24,000 nt of DNA. Origin: Verrucomicrobiaceae bacterium. Lineage in GTDB: Bacteria > Verrucomicrobiota > Verrucomicrobiia > Verrucomicrobiales > Akkermansiaceae. The stretch spans positions 1-24,000 of the forward strand of contig JAIXPW010000047.1 in the NCBI GenBank assembly GCA_027485995.1, in the 5' to 3' direction. The notes under the pieces are model-generated. The model saw only the letters and a list, made by a program, of their open reading frames with translations. It did not search any database and had not been told where the DNA came from. Below, piece by piece: positions 6,393-15,140 of this stretch. Positions within the stretch are counted from its first letter, which is position 1. Each line of letters starts with the position of its first letter. Position numbers and translations under genes: made by a program.

Positions 6393-6405
6393 ATGACCGG
6401 GACGC

Positions 6406-6906
6406 TTACCAAGCCTGTCTGATCTCGATCGAACTCCAGAGAAGATCATCTCCCGAGAAGCAGAATTTCCCGAGGAACGGAGTCTCCTCCAGCATCAGGG
6501 GCAGCCACAAGCGGTCATCGGCCCACATGCGGTCATAGGGAATCTCATCGAGTCCCACCCACAGCGGAACAGCCTCCTCGGTCTCGGTCGGAGTCCCCGT
6601 GAAGTCATCCGCCCGATAGACATGACAGAGGATGTCAGGAATATCCCCCATGGCGAACCACAGCTCGCCGAGTTTGCGGGGATTCAAGGGAGTGATCTTC
6701 AACTCCTCCTCGGTTTCCCGGATCGCACAGGCCAGCGCGGTTTCGCCGGGATCGATCTTGCCACCAGGGCCGTTAATCTTCCCGGCACCGAGGCCACGCT
6801 TCTTGACGATGAGCAGGACCTGGCCGTCGCGGACAATGAACATCAGCGTCGCGGGCACCACAGGCACCCATGACTCCCAATCCACCGGCGACGGCCCCTG
6901 ACTCAT
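6406..6906 (-). CDS. Nudix hydrolase, MTH1/NUDT1-like (8-oxo-dGTP diphosphatase family)
   Basis: Nudix box GGKIDPGETALACAIRETEEELKI. The C-terminal IPYDRMWADDRLWLPLMLEETPFLGKFCF is collinear by eye with the MTH1-type tail. The track ORF starts at TTG 6909. The ATG at 6906..6904 shares one nucleotide with the gcvP TGA (TGATG). Confidence 0.85.
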   Translation of the reverse strand: MSQGPSPVDWESWVPVVPATLMFIVRDGQVLLIVKKRGLGAGKINGPGGKIDPGETALACAIRETEEELKITPLNPRKLGELWFAMGDIPDILCHVYRADDFTGTPTETEEAVPLWVGLDEIPYDRMWADDRLWLPLMLEETPFLGKFCFSGDDLLWSSIEIRQAW

Positions 6907-9740
6907 CAAGCCCCCGCTGCCGCGTAGGCCTCCACGCTGTCACAGGTGCAGACCAGGTTGCGGTCGCCGTGAACGTTGTCGATCCTGCCCACCGATGGCC
7001 AGAACTTGTGTTGGCGCAGTCCTGGCAGCGGATAAGCCGCCTGCTCGCGGGAGTAGCCATGGGACCACTCGTCGGCACAGATCACTTCCGCCGGATGCGG
7101 GGCGTTCTTGAGCGGGTTGTCATGGGCATCGGCCTCGCCGTTGATCACGGCCATGATTTCACCATGGATCGCAATCATTGAGTCGCAGAAGCGGTCGATC
7201 TCGACCTTCGACTCGGACTCAGTTGGCTCGATCATCAGGGTCCCGCCGACCGGCCAGCTCATGGTGGGCGCGTGGAAACCGTAATCCATCAGGCGCTTTG
7301 CCACGTCCTCGACGGTGATGCCACTCTTGTCGCTGAGCGGGCGCACGTCGATGATGCACTCGTGGGCGACGAGACCCAGGTTTCCCGTGTAAAGGATCGG
7401 ATAGAACGGAGCCAGGCGCTTGGCCGCGTAGTTGGCGGTCAGGATGGCGGTGGCTGTCGCATCCTTGAGACCGCCCGCGCCCATCATGGCGATATACATC
7501 CAGGAAATCGTGTTGATCGAAGCGCTGCCCCAAGGCGCAGAGCAGACCGAGCCCTCGGCCCCATTGAGTTCACGATGCCCGGGAAGATAAGGCACGAGCT
7601 GCTTGGCCACGCCGATCGGTCCCACACCAGGACCACCACCGCCGTGAGGGATGCAGAAGGTCTTGTGAAGGTTGAGATGGCAGACGTCCGCGCCAATGAA
7701 TCCAGGGCTGGTGAGGCCGACCTGGGCATTCATGTTGGCTCCGTCCATGTAAACCTGTCCGCCTGCGGCATGGATCTTCTCACAGATCTCGACGATGGTT
7801 TCCTCGAAGACTCCGTGGGTCGAAGGATAGGTCACCATCAGGCAGGAAAGGTTTTCCCGGTGCTCCGCGATGCGGGCCTCAAGGTCGCCAACGTCGATGT
7901 TGCCCTTGTCGTCGCATTTCACGCCAACGACCTTCATGCCGGTCATCACGGCCGAGGCCGGATTGGTGCCGTGGGCGGAAACCGGGATGAGGCAGACATT
8001 GCGATGCGAATCGCCGCGCGCGAGATGATAGCGGCGGATGGCGAGCAGTCCGGCGTACTCGCCTTGTGATCCCGCATTGGGCTGGAGGGAAACGGCTGCG
8101 AAGCCGGTGATGGTGGCAAGCCAATCCTCGAGCAAGGTGAGCATCTCCCGATAGCCCTTGCTTTGGTCGGCCGGGACGAAGGGATGGATCGAGGAAACCT
8201 CGGGCCAGCTCAGCGGCATCATCTCGGCCGTGGCGTTGAGTTTCATCGTGCAGGACCCCAGCGCGATCATCGAGTCGTTGAGAGCGAGGTCCTTCGATTC
8301 GAGGCGCTTCAGGTAGCGGAGCATCTCGGTTTCCGAATGGAAGCGGTTGAACGCGGCCTGGGTCAGGAAGGGAGTGTCGCGGGAAAGCTCGACGGGCCAG
8401 GCAACCGCGGCGACATCCGGCAGGTCCCCTGCTCCACCGAAGGCGGAGATGACAAGAAGGACATCGCCTTCGGAAGTGGTTTCATCGAAGGAAATGCCGA
8501 CATGGTCCGGACCCAGGTTGCGGAGGTTGACTCCGGCACGGAGGGCACGCTCGTGGACCTCCGCAGCCTTTCCTGGAACGATGGCCACGAGGGTGTCGAA
8601 GAATGGCCCGGACTCGGTCTCGATGCCGGCGGTGGCGAGCAGTGACTTGAGCTGTGCTGTGCGGGCGTGGACCGTGTGCGCGATGTGCTTGAGCCCTTCG
8701 GGTCCATGATAGACCGCATACATCGAAGCCATCACCGCCAGCAGGACCTGGGCGGTGCAGATGTTGGAGGTCGCCTTGTCACGACGAATGTGCTGCTCGC
8801 GGGTCTGAAGCGAAAGGCGATAGCCAGGCTTGCCACGTGAATCGATCGAGATGCCGATCAGGCGGCCCGGCATCTTGCGCTTGAGCTCATCGCGACAGGC
8901 CATGAAGGCCGCGTGAGGACCACCGAAGCCCATTGGGACACCAAAGCGCTGGCTCGAACCGATGCAGATGTCTGCGCCGAAACGACCGGGGGCCTTCAGG
9001 ATTGTTAGAGCGAGAAGATCGGCGGCCACGATGGTCACCGCACCAGCGGCATGAGCCTTGTCGAAAAAAGCGGTGAAGTCGTCGATACGTCCACGGGTGT
9101 CCGGATACTGGACGATGACGGCGAAAAGATTGACCGTGGTGGAAGGCTCGAAGGTCGCCCAGTCACCTACGATGACCTCGATGCCCAGCGGCTGGGCGCG
9201 CGTGATGACCACGTCGATCGTCTGCGGGTGGCAGCGGTCCGAGACAAAGATTGCGCGACCCTTCGGCTTCGAGGAAAGCGCAAGACTCATCGCTTCGGCC
9301 GCAGCCGTGCCTTCATCGAGCAGCGAGGCATTCGCCACATCGAGCCCGGTGAGATCAGTGATCATCGTCTGGAAATTCAGCAGGGCCTCCAGACGTCCCT
9401 GGGCAATCTCCGCCTGATAGGGAGTGTAGGCGGTGTACCAGCCGGGGTTTTCCAGGATGTTCCGCTGGATGACCGGTGGAACGAAGGTGCCATGATAGCC
9501 TTGTCCGATGAAGGACTTCATCACGATGTTCTTCGAGAAGATCGACTTGAGCCAGCCGAGCGCTTCCTGCTCCGAACGGGCGGGAGGCAGGTCCATCGGT
9601 TGGTCAAGGCGGATCCCGGCAGGCACAGCGGCGTCGATAAGGGAATCGAGCGAATCAAACCCCACCGTGCGGAGCATTTCATCGCGCTCGCCGTTCACGG
9701 GTCCAAGGTGACGGCTCAGGAAATCAATACGGGCAGACAT
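6906..9740 (-). CDS. gcvP: Glycine dehydrogenase (decarboxylating), single-chain P protein of the glycine cleavage system
   Basis: 944 aa. Contains the PLP-lysine motif [19 protein letters not shown] and the N-terminal FLSRHLGP motif. Its length is typical of the fused alpha-beta form. Confidence 0.95.
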   Translation of the reverse strand: MSARIDFLSRHLGPVNGERDEMLRTVGFDSLDSLIDAAVPAGIRLDQPMDLPPARSEQEALGWLKSIFSKNIVMKSFIGQGYHGTFVPPVIQRNILENPGWYTAYTPYQAEIAQGRLEALLNFQTMITDLTGLDVANASLLDEGTAAAEAMSLALSSKPKGRAIFVSDRCHPQTIDVVITRAQPLGIEVIVGDWATFEPSTTVNLFAVIVQYPDTRGRIDDFTAFFDKAHAAGAVTIVAADLLALTILKAPGRFGADICIGSSQRFGVPMGFGGPHAAFMACRDELKRKMPGRLIGISIDSRGKPGYRLSLQTREQHIRRDKATSNICTAQVLLAVMASMYAVYHGPEGLKHIAHTVHARTAQLKSLLATAGIETESGPFFDTLVAIVPGKAAEVHERALRAGVNLRNLGPDHVGISFDETTSEGDVLLVISAFGGAGDLPDVAAVAWPVELSRDTPFLTQAAFNRFHSETEMLRYLKRLESKDLALNDSMIALGSCTMKLNATAEMMPLSWPEVSSIHPFVPADQSKGYREMLTLLEDWLATITGFAAVSLQPNAGSQGEYAGLLAIRRYHLARGDSHRNVCLIPVSAHGTNPASAVMTGMKVVGVKCDDKGNIDVGDLEARIAEHRENLSCLMVTYPSTHGVFEETIVEICEKIHAAGGQVYMDGANMNAQVGLTSPGFIGADVCHLNLHKTFCIPHGGGGPGVGPIGVAKQLVPYLPGHRELNGAEGSVCSAPWGSASINTISWMYIAMMGAGGLKDATATAILTANYAAKRLAPFYPILYTGNLGLVAHECIIDVRPLSDKSGITVEDVAKRLMDYGFHAPTMSWPVGGTLMIEPTESESKVEIDRFCDSMIAIHGEIMAVINGEADAHDNPLKNAPHPAEVICADEWSHGYSREQAAYPLPGLRQHKFWPSVGRIDNVHGDRNLVCTCDSVEAYAAAGA

Positions 9741-9764
9741 GTCAAAAGAGGATGATTAAAGGGA

Positions 9765-9791
9765 GAAGGCGCACTGGTCGAGCGCGCCTTC
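9765..9791 (-). promoter_or_regulatory. Intercistronic stem-loop between gcvH and gcvP
   Basis: GAAGGCGC (9765..9772) and GCGCCTTC (9784..9791) form an 8-bp GC-rich stem with an 11-nt loop. On the transcribed (minus) strand it is followed by TCCCTTTAATCATCCTCTTTTGAC and then the gcvP ATG. The role (partial terminator, processing site or stability element) is unknown. Confidence 0.4.
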
Positions 9792-9822
9792 ATGGATGAT
9801 CAGGAATCGAATGAGGCAAGGG

Positions 9823-10200
9823 TCAACCGATCTGGGCCGAGTAAGCCGCCGCATCAAGCAGGGCTTCCACGTCTGCCGCGTTCTTCACGCGGAGCTTGAA
9901 GATCCAACCGCGGCCATAGGGATCGGTGTTGACGAGGGCCGGATCGGCTTCGACGTCGAGATTGACCTCGACCACCTCGCCACCGATCGGTGCGTAGATG
10001 TCGCTGGCGGCCTTCACGGACTCAACCACGGCGGTCGGATCACCTGCATCGACCGCGCGGCCCACGAGCGGCAGTTCGACGAACACCACGTCGGTGAGTT
10101 CTTCCTGGGCGTGATCGGAAATGCCCACGGTGGCAATGTCGCCTTCGAGGCGGACCCACTCATGGGAGGAATTGTAACGGAGGTCGGATGGAACATTCAT
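9823..10200 (-). CDS. gcvH: Glycine cleavage system H protein (lipoyl carrier)
   Basis: 125 aa. Contains SHEWVR and the lipoyl-lysine motif [13 protein letters not shown]. Confidence 0.95.
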   Translation of the reverse strand: MNVPSDLRYNSSHEWVRLEGDIATVGISDHAQEELTDVVFVELPLVGRAVDAGDPTAVVESVKAASDIYAPIGGEVVEVNLDVEADPALVNTDPYGRGWIFKLRVKNAADVEALLDAAAYSAQIG

Positions 10201-10226
10201 GGTCGAAGTAACGGAACGCGCCGATG

Positions 10227-11312
10227 TCAGGCTTTTGCCGCGGGCTTGTAAAACGGTTTCTTCACGACTTTCGCCGGGTTGAGCCGGCCCCGGACGTCGA
10301 TGCGCACTTCAGTGCCGAGTTTCGTCCAAGCGATCGGGAGATAGGCAAGTCCGATGCCGATGCCGAGGCTCGGGGAAAGGACTCCGCTGGAGAGCTCACC
10401 CAACACCTCACCCTCGGGCGAAAGCACCGGATAATGGGCGCGCGGCGGCGCTCCCTTGTCGGTGTAGGCGAGCGCCACAAGGCGAACCTCGGTGCCTTCG
10501 GCCTTCTGCTTCGCGAGGGTTTCACGGCCCACGAAGTCGCCCTTTTCCAGGTCCACGAAAAACCCGAGTCCAGCCTCGATCGGCGTGCGGGTGGGAGAAA
10601 GGTCATTGCCGTTGAGGGGATAGCACATCTCAAGACGAAGGCTGTCGCGCGAGCCGAGGCCACAGGGCTTGGCACCGTGCTGGACAAAGCGCTTCAACCA
10701 ATCGCCACCATCGGCAGCAGGTGAGAAAAACTCAAAGCCATCCTCGCCGGTGTAGCCGGTCCGGCAGACCACGCAGCCGGACGAGGTGAAGGCGATGCCG
10801 TTGCGTGGAGGCAGAGGTTCACCGGGGCACGCAGCCGCATAGACCGCCGGAGAATCAGGTCCCTGGATCGCCATGCCGACCCAAGCATCGCTTTCGTTGC
10901 GGAGTTCGACTCCGGCGTCGAGATGCTTCGACATCCACGCGAAGTCCTCGTCGATCATCGAGGCATTCACCACGAGGAAAAAGTCAGCCTCTCCCGTTCG
11001 ATACGCGATCAGGTCGTCGATCACTCCTCCGTTCTCATTGAGAAGAAAGGTGTATTGTCCCTCGCCGATTCCGAGCTTGGCCACGTTGTTGGCGAGCGTC
11101 CGGTTAAGCCACTCCAGAGAGCCCGGACCACTGACCAGGAACTGGCCCATGTGGGAGATATCGAAAATGCCCGCGGCTCCGCGGACGGCCGCGTGCTCAT
11201 CGAGAATCGACGTGTATTGCACCGGCATGTACCAGCCGGCAAAGGGGACCAAACGCGCACCCAGCTCAACATGGGCGGCTTCCAACGGACTACGCTTCAA
11301 CAAATCAGACAC
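10227..11312 (-). CDS. gcvT: Aminomethyltransferase (glycine cleavage system T protein)
   Basis: 361 aa with a GTG start. [25 protein letters not shown] and FDISHMGQF are typical GcvT motifs. It is followed by gcvH and gcvP on the same strand. Confidence 0.95.
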   Translation of the reverse strand: MSDLLKRSPLEAAHVELGARLVPFAGWYMPVQYTSILDEHAAVRGAAGIFDISHMGQFLVSGPGSLEWLNRTLANNVAKLGIGEGQYTFLLNENGGVIDDLIAYRTGEADFFLVVNASMIDEDFAWMSKHLDAGVELRNESDAWVGMAIQGPDSPAVYAAACPGEPLPPRNGIAFTSSGCVVCRTGYTGEDGFEFFSPAADGGDWLKRFVQHGAKPCGLGSRDSLRLEMCYPLNGNDLSPTRTPIEAGLGFFVDLEKGDFVGRETLAKQKAEGTEVRLVALAYTDKGAPPRAHYPVLSPEGEVLGELSSGVLSPSLGIGIGLAYLPIAWTKLGTEVRIDVRGRLNPAKVVKKPFYKPAAKA

Positions 11313-11376
11313 GGCCCGAAGGTGGGTGGAGAGGCCTGTCTTGTCAATCGGACGAAATCATTGAAACTGTCGCCAC

Positions 11377-12162
11377 ATGGCACTTCTTGACAAGATCGAG
11401 AGAAGATTCAGCTGGCTGGCATTCCCCGGATTACTGAGGAATCTCACCATCCTGTGTCTCGTGGTTTATGGCATCGCATGGACGAAGCCGGATTTCGGGC
11501 AACTCATCGACTTTGATCGAGCGAAGATCCTCAACGGCCAATGGTGGCGATTGATCACCTTTCCGTTTGCCCCCTATGGAGCGGGGCAACCTTCGCTGAT
11601 ATCCATCATCTTCATCGCCTGCATGGTGAGGTTCAGCATGACCATCAGCGACACGCTCGAACAGGCGTGGGGAGAAGTCAGGACCACCCTTTTCATCCTC
11701 GTCGCCATTCTGGGCCAACTTGCGGCAGGATTCATCGCCCCCGATTCCATGCCATTTTCCGGGGCCTACATCTTCGGGACCGCGTTCCTGGCATTTGCAA
11801 GGTTCTGCCCGAATTATCCCTTGCTCTTCATGTTGATCATCCCAGTCCCTTGCAAGTACTTCGCCTACCTCCAATGTGCGCTCCTCGGGCTGATCTCGAT
11901 CCTGTCCCCCTCCCTCATTCCCTTCATCCTCCTCTGCCACCTGAACCTCCTCATCTGGATCGTTCCGGGGCTGCGACGCGAAACCAAGCTCCACCGGAAG
12001 TCGATCTCCAACCGCAGGAGTTTCCATGCGAAACTCAGGCCCACTGCCGAGGCATTTCACACCTGTGCGGTCTGTGGAAAGACCGAACACGACGGAGCCC
12101 ATCTGGAGTTCCGCGTCGGCACGGATGGAGAGGAATACTGCGCCGATCATCTCCCCGAATGA
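11377..12162 (+). CDS. Rhomboid-family-like six-TM membrane protein with C-terminal Cys/His tail
   Basis: 261 aa with about six hydrophobic helices. GQWWRLITFPF is the rhomboid TM2-entry motif. FSGAYIFG is a candidate GxSG-type Ser and LLCHLNLL a candidate TM6 His. I could not see the TM2 HxxxN motif. The tail is HTCAVCGKTEHDGAHLEFRVGTDGEEYCADH. Confidence 0.6.
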   Translation: MALLDKIERRFSWLAFPGLLRNLTILCLVVYGIAWTKPDFGQLIDFDRAKILNGQWWRLITFPFAPYGAGQPSLISIIFIACMVRFSMTISDTLEQAWGEVRTTLFILVAILGQLAAGFIAPDSMPFSGAYIFGTAFLAFARFCPNYPLLFMLIIPVPCKYFAYLQCALLGLISILSPSLIPFILLCHLNLLIWIVPGLRRETKLHRKSISNRRSFHAKLRPTAEAFHTCAVCGKTEHDGAHLEFRVGTDGEEYCADHLPE

Positions 12163-12165
12163 AAA

Positions 12166-12191
12166 ACGGCGGAAGGTTTCCCCTCCGCCGT
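12166..12191. terminator. Bidirectional Rho-independent terminator between the convergent rhomboid-like gene and yidC
   Basis: ACGGCGGA (12166..12173) pairs with TCCGCCGT (12184..12191), and GG (12175..12176)/CC (12182..12183) extend the stem beyond one mismatch (A12174/C12181), leaving the loop TTTC (12177..12180). On the minus strand the hairpin is followed by TTTTT (the complement of AAAAA at 12162..12166), a classical terminator for yidC. On the plus strand CTTGAAAAT follows, which is weaker. Confidence 0.6.
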
Positions 12192-12208
12192 CTTGAAAAT
12201 GATCAGGA

Positions 12209-14059
12209 TCAGCCCCCGGTGCGTGGCGGACGCTTCTTTTTCGATTCAGTGACATCGATGACCGGGCCCTTGCCATCGGCCTGCATGCGTTTCATGCGCT
12301 CCATTTCCTGCTGCTTTTCCGCCATGCGTTCCATGAACGACTTCTTGCCGGAGACCAGCTTCCGCTCCTTGAGTTCCGGTTCCGGCATCTTGTTGGTGAG
12401 CCAGGTCTGGACGATCGAGAAGATGTTCGTCGTGGTCCAATACAGCGCGAGGGCCGAGGCGAAGCTGTAGCAGAAGAAGAAGAACATGAACGGCATGAAC
12501 ATCATGATTCCCTGCTGGGTCTTGTCGCCGGTCTTGGGCGTCATCGCCATCTGGATGAAGCTGGTGATGGCCATGACAATCGGAAGGACGTTGATGGGGA
12601 TTCCAGCAAGGGTGGTAAGGGTGTCCGGCTGCGAAAGGTCATCCACCCAGAGGAATCCCTGATGGCGAAGCTCCACCGCGTATTGAAGCATGCGGTAGAA
12701 GCCGAAGAAGATCGGGAGCTGGATGAGCATCGGCAGACAGCCGCCGATGGGATTCACGCCGTAGGTTTTATACAGCTTCATCATCTCCTGGTTCATCCGG
12801 TTTGGATCGTCGCCGTATTTTTCCTTCAACTTCGTCATCTCCGGCTGGAGCTTGCTCATCCGCTTCATCGAGCGGGTGGACTTCGCGTAGAGCGGCCAGA
12901 TCGCAGTGCGGACGGTGATCGTGAGGAAGATGATCGCGAGGCCCCAGGCCCATTGATTGCCAAGTCCGCTGAAGGCCTTGTGGAGCCAGTTGAGCAGCCA
13001 GTTGAGCGGTCCGGCAGCGAGGCTGAAGTAGCCGTAGTTCATCACCTCGCTCCAGTGGTTGCCCATGCCTGACAGCAGGGTGTTGTCGCAGGGCCCCATG
13101 AAGATCTGGTAGGTGAACGCCTTTGACTCCTTGCTGGCGAGGGCGAGGGCAGGAAGGCCGAAACCGGCGCTGACCGACTTCACCGGGGCCGCGCCAGGGG
13201 TGATCGAGACATCCCCCGGTTTGGCCCAAAGTTTCCCGGCCTGGGGTTCCTGCGGCCGGATGACGGTGGCGAAGAACTGGTTGGCGACCCCCCCGAACTC
13301 GAGCTTCTCGGAGTCGTTCGTGATGATGGATTTGTCGGCGCCGAACCATCCGCCCTTGAACTTGCCCACATCGTTGAAATGCATGCTGCCCGAATCCCGG
13401 TAGAGGTAGGTCGTCTGCTGGGCCCACTCCTTCTGGTAAAGCGGAGAGGCCTCCCCGAGATAGAGGCTGTAGGCATCGAGGGAAACCGGACCTGCGGCGG
13501 CGTTTTCCAGCTCAAGCGAGAAATCGAGAAGATAAGGCGAGCCGGTCTTGCCATCTTCAATGATCGAAAAGGTCTTGCGGGCGACGAGTCCGGAAGGATG
13601 GGTGCCAACGAAGACCGCCTTTTTCCCGGGAATGGATTTGGCCTCGAGATACGAGTAGGAGATGTTCTCCAGCGTCTGTCCGCCGCCAGCGATGGCACCG
13701 ATCGGACCATTTCCAAAGCGGTTCATCCGGACCCGCTTGTCCTTGCTGCCGACCTCGAACTGGCTCTTGACCTCAGCCTCCTTGATGCCACCGCCAAGGG
13801 TGCTGAGGGTGAAGACCATTTCCTTGGTCTCCAGGGTGATGAGCTTTTCGTCGACTGGAGCAGCGGGTGTCTCACTGCCCAGAACGCCTCCCTCTTTGGA
13901 GGCTCCTGGGGCACCGGGCGTGGCGGGAGCCGTCGGGGTCTCTGGGGGCTTGGGCGCATTGGCGGCAGCTTCCTGCCTGGCCTTTGTCGAGTAGTGGATG
14001 TTGGCCGCCAGCAGCATGCTGCAGGCGATCACGATGAACCAGGTCTTGCGGTCGTACAT
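12209..14059 (-). CDS. yidC: Membrane protein insertase YidC
   Basis: 616 aa. It has an N-terminal TM helix, a large periplasmic P1 region and the conserved C-terminal core (MKLYKTYGVNPIGGCLPMLIQLPIFFGFY, ASALALYW), with a basic C-terminal tail. It lies downstream of rpmH-rnpA-yidD. Confidence 0.95.
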   Translation of the reverse strand: MYDRKTWFIVIACSMLLAANIHYSTKARQEAAANAPKPPETPTAPATPGAPGASKEGGVLGSETPAAPVDEKLITLETKEMVFTLSTLGGGIKEAEVKSQFEVGSKDKRVRMNRFGNGPIGAIAGGGQTLENISYSYLEAKSIPGKKAVFVGTHPSGLVARKTFSIIEDGKTGSPYLLDFSLELENAAAGPVSLDAYSLYLGEASPLYQKEWAQQTTYLYRDSGSMHFNDVGKFKGGWFGADKSIITNDSEKLEFGGVANQFFATVIRPQEPQAGKLWAKPGDVSITPGAAPVKSVSAGFGLPALALASKESKAFTYQIFMGPCDNTLLSGMGNHWSEVMNYGYFSLAAGPLNWLLNWLHKAFSGLGNQWAWGLAIIFLTITVRTAIWPLYAKSTRSMKRMSKLQPEMTKLKEKYGDDPNRMNQEMMKLYKTYGVNPIGGCLPMLIQLPIFFGFYRMLQYAVELRHQGFLWVDDLSQPDTLTTLAGIPINVLPIVMAITSFIQMAMTPKTGDKTQQGIMMFMPFMFFFFCYSFASALALYWTTTNIFSIVQTWLTNKMPEPELKERKLVSGKKSFMERMAEKQQEMERMKRMQADGKGPVIDVTESKKKRPPRTGG

Positions 14060-14085
14060 GGAGAAAATGGATTGGGCTGGGTGCC

Positions 14086-14367
14086 TCAGCGGGGTTGGTC
14101 GCCATGGGAGCAGGAATTCCTGCGCGGCGGGACGGGGTCATAACCGGAGCCCCCCCATGGATGACAGCGGAAAATCCGGCAGATTCCGAGCCAGCTGCCG
14201 CGCCAGGGTCCGTGAGCCTCGATGGCTTGAAGAAAGTAGTGCGAGCAGGTCGGGGCATAACGGCACCCGGCACCAGGTCCGGCGAGGGCTTTGAGCACCG
14301 GATTGAGAAAGCGCTGGTAAAACCGGACGATCATCCGGAGCACCCAGGTGACGGAACGATCAAGCAC
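14086..14367 (-). CDS. yidD: Membrane protein insertion efficiency factor YidD
   Basis: Contains YQRFLNP...[46 protein letters not shown]. There is an 8-nt overlap with the rnpA 3' end. Confidence 0.85.
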   Translation of the reverse strand: MLDRSVTWVLRMIVRFYQRFLNPVLKALAGPGAGCRYAPTCSHYFLQAIEAHGPWRGSWLGICRIFRCHPWGGSGYDPVPPRRNSCSHGDQPR

Positions 14368-14731
14368 TTGGAGGTCGGGGTGTGGAACCCAGAAGACCGA
14401 GACGCCGGGCCTGCTTCAACCAGTCAGACTCAAGTTCGGCAAAGGAGGCTGTGGCCGCCCCCTGCCGGGCGATGGTCACCAGGTAGCGCTGGAGATCATC
14501 GAAATTCGACGCGTGCTCCCGAACCAAGGCGCGGAAGATGCGGCGCAGTCTGACGCGGTCATGGGCTTTGCCGGACTTCTTCGTGGTGATGAAGCCGGTC
14601 CGGATTCCATCGAGTGAGGAATCCGCAAGCGTGCTTAAAACAACAAACCGGCCGGCTTTCGCCTGACCGGTGGTCCTGACCCTCGCGAACTCGTCGCGAT
14701 GGGTCATGCTGTGCTTGCGCGGAAGACGCAT
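14360..14731 (-). CDS. rnpA: Ribonuclease P protein component
   Basis: 123 aa, basic. EFARVRTTG and [22 protein letters not shown] form an RNR-like motif. The canonical position between rpmH and yidD supports the call. An alternative start at M9 (14707) is possible. Confidence 0.85.
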   Translation of the reverse strand: MRLPRKHSMTHRDEFARVRTTGQAKAGRFVVLSTLADSSLDGIRTGFITTKKSGKAHDRVRLRRIFRALVREHASNFDDLQRYLVTIARQGAATASFAELESDWLKQARRLGLLGSTPRPPSA

Positions 14732-14779
14732 GGCTGGTTCACGGGGAAGCCCAGATCCGGCCCGCGACTCGGCTCCGGA

Positions 14780-14965
14780 TCAGGAGCCGTGCTGCGTGGT
14801 GTGGCGCTTGTAGGGAATCTCAACGCCCTTCGGAAGAAGGCGCTTGCGGCCCTTGGCGCGGCGACGCTTGATGATGTCGCGTCCACCTTTGGTGGCCATG
14901 CGGGCACGGAATCCGTGCTGACGGCGGCGGGTACGCTTGGAAGGCTGATAGGTGCGGAAGCTCAT
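14780..14965 (-). CDS. rpmH: 50S ribosomal protein L34 (with about 15-aa C-terminal extension)
   Basis: [39 protein letters not shown] matches the L34 consensus. At 61 aa the ORF is longer than the usual ~45 aa. Confidence 0.9.
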   Translation of the reverse strand: MSFRTYQPSKRTRRRQHGFRARMATKGGRDIIKRRRAKGRKRLLPKGVEIPYKRHTTQHGS

Positions 14966-15022
14966 GACTGGGTCGCAGGTTGGCGCTAAAGGTGATCCAC
15001 TCCGATTCCGGGGCGGGCGCGC

Positions 15023-15050
15023 ACTCTAGGAACCCGCGAGCACTTGTCAA
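15023..15050 (-). promoter_or_regulatory. Candidate sigma70-type promoter for rpmH-rnpA-yidD-yidC
   Basis: The minus strand reads TTGACA (15050..15045)-N16-TAGAGT (15028..15023), about 58 nt upstream of the rpmH ATG. An A-rich tract (minus strand AAAAAAATT, around 15072..15080) lies upstream in a UP-element-like position. Confidence 0.45.
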
Positions 15051-15140
15051 CCCGGCAAATGTTCGGAAATGCGAATTTTTTTCAGCTGCCGGTTGGAAAT
15101 TACACGTGCCCGTCCCTCAGGACTATGACAGTCTTCCGAC

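Noticed and set aside
6353-6394. 14-codon minus-strand mini-ORF (MKKIFFSLAGESLP) overlapping the 16-bp palindrome, as a possible type I toxin
   Set aside because: It is too short and not hydrophobic enough. It is an artefact of the palindrome sequence.
7272-8069. 265-aa plus-strand ORF antisense to gcvP
   Set aside because: Shadow ORF inside a highly conserved gene, with no motifs.
11313-11376. Glycine riboswitch upstream of gcvT
   Set aside because: Only 64 nt separate gcvT from the divergent gene, which is too short for a glycine aptamer. The GGAGAG/CCGAAGG-like strings present are on the wrong strand and in the wrong order.
11431-12470. Two long alternative ORFs (281 aa minus strand, 309 aa plus strand) overlapping the rhomboid-like gene and the yidC 3' end
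   Set aside because: Both translations are Arg/Pro/Gly/Asp-rich with no membrane or domain features. The chosen frame gives six clean TM helices and the WWRL motif.
12768-14143. Several 100-250-aa ORFs in other frames or on the other strand within yidC
   Set aside because: yidC is unambiguous in its own frame. The others are compositional shadow ORFs.
14966-15140. oriC / DnaA-box cluster next to rpmH
   Set aside because: There is only one imperfect DnaA-box-like 9-mer (TGATCCACT). There is no AT-rich unwinding element and no dnaA gene, so the evidence is insufficient.
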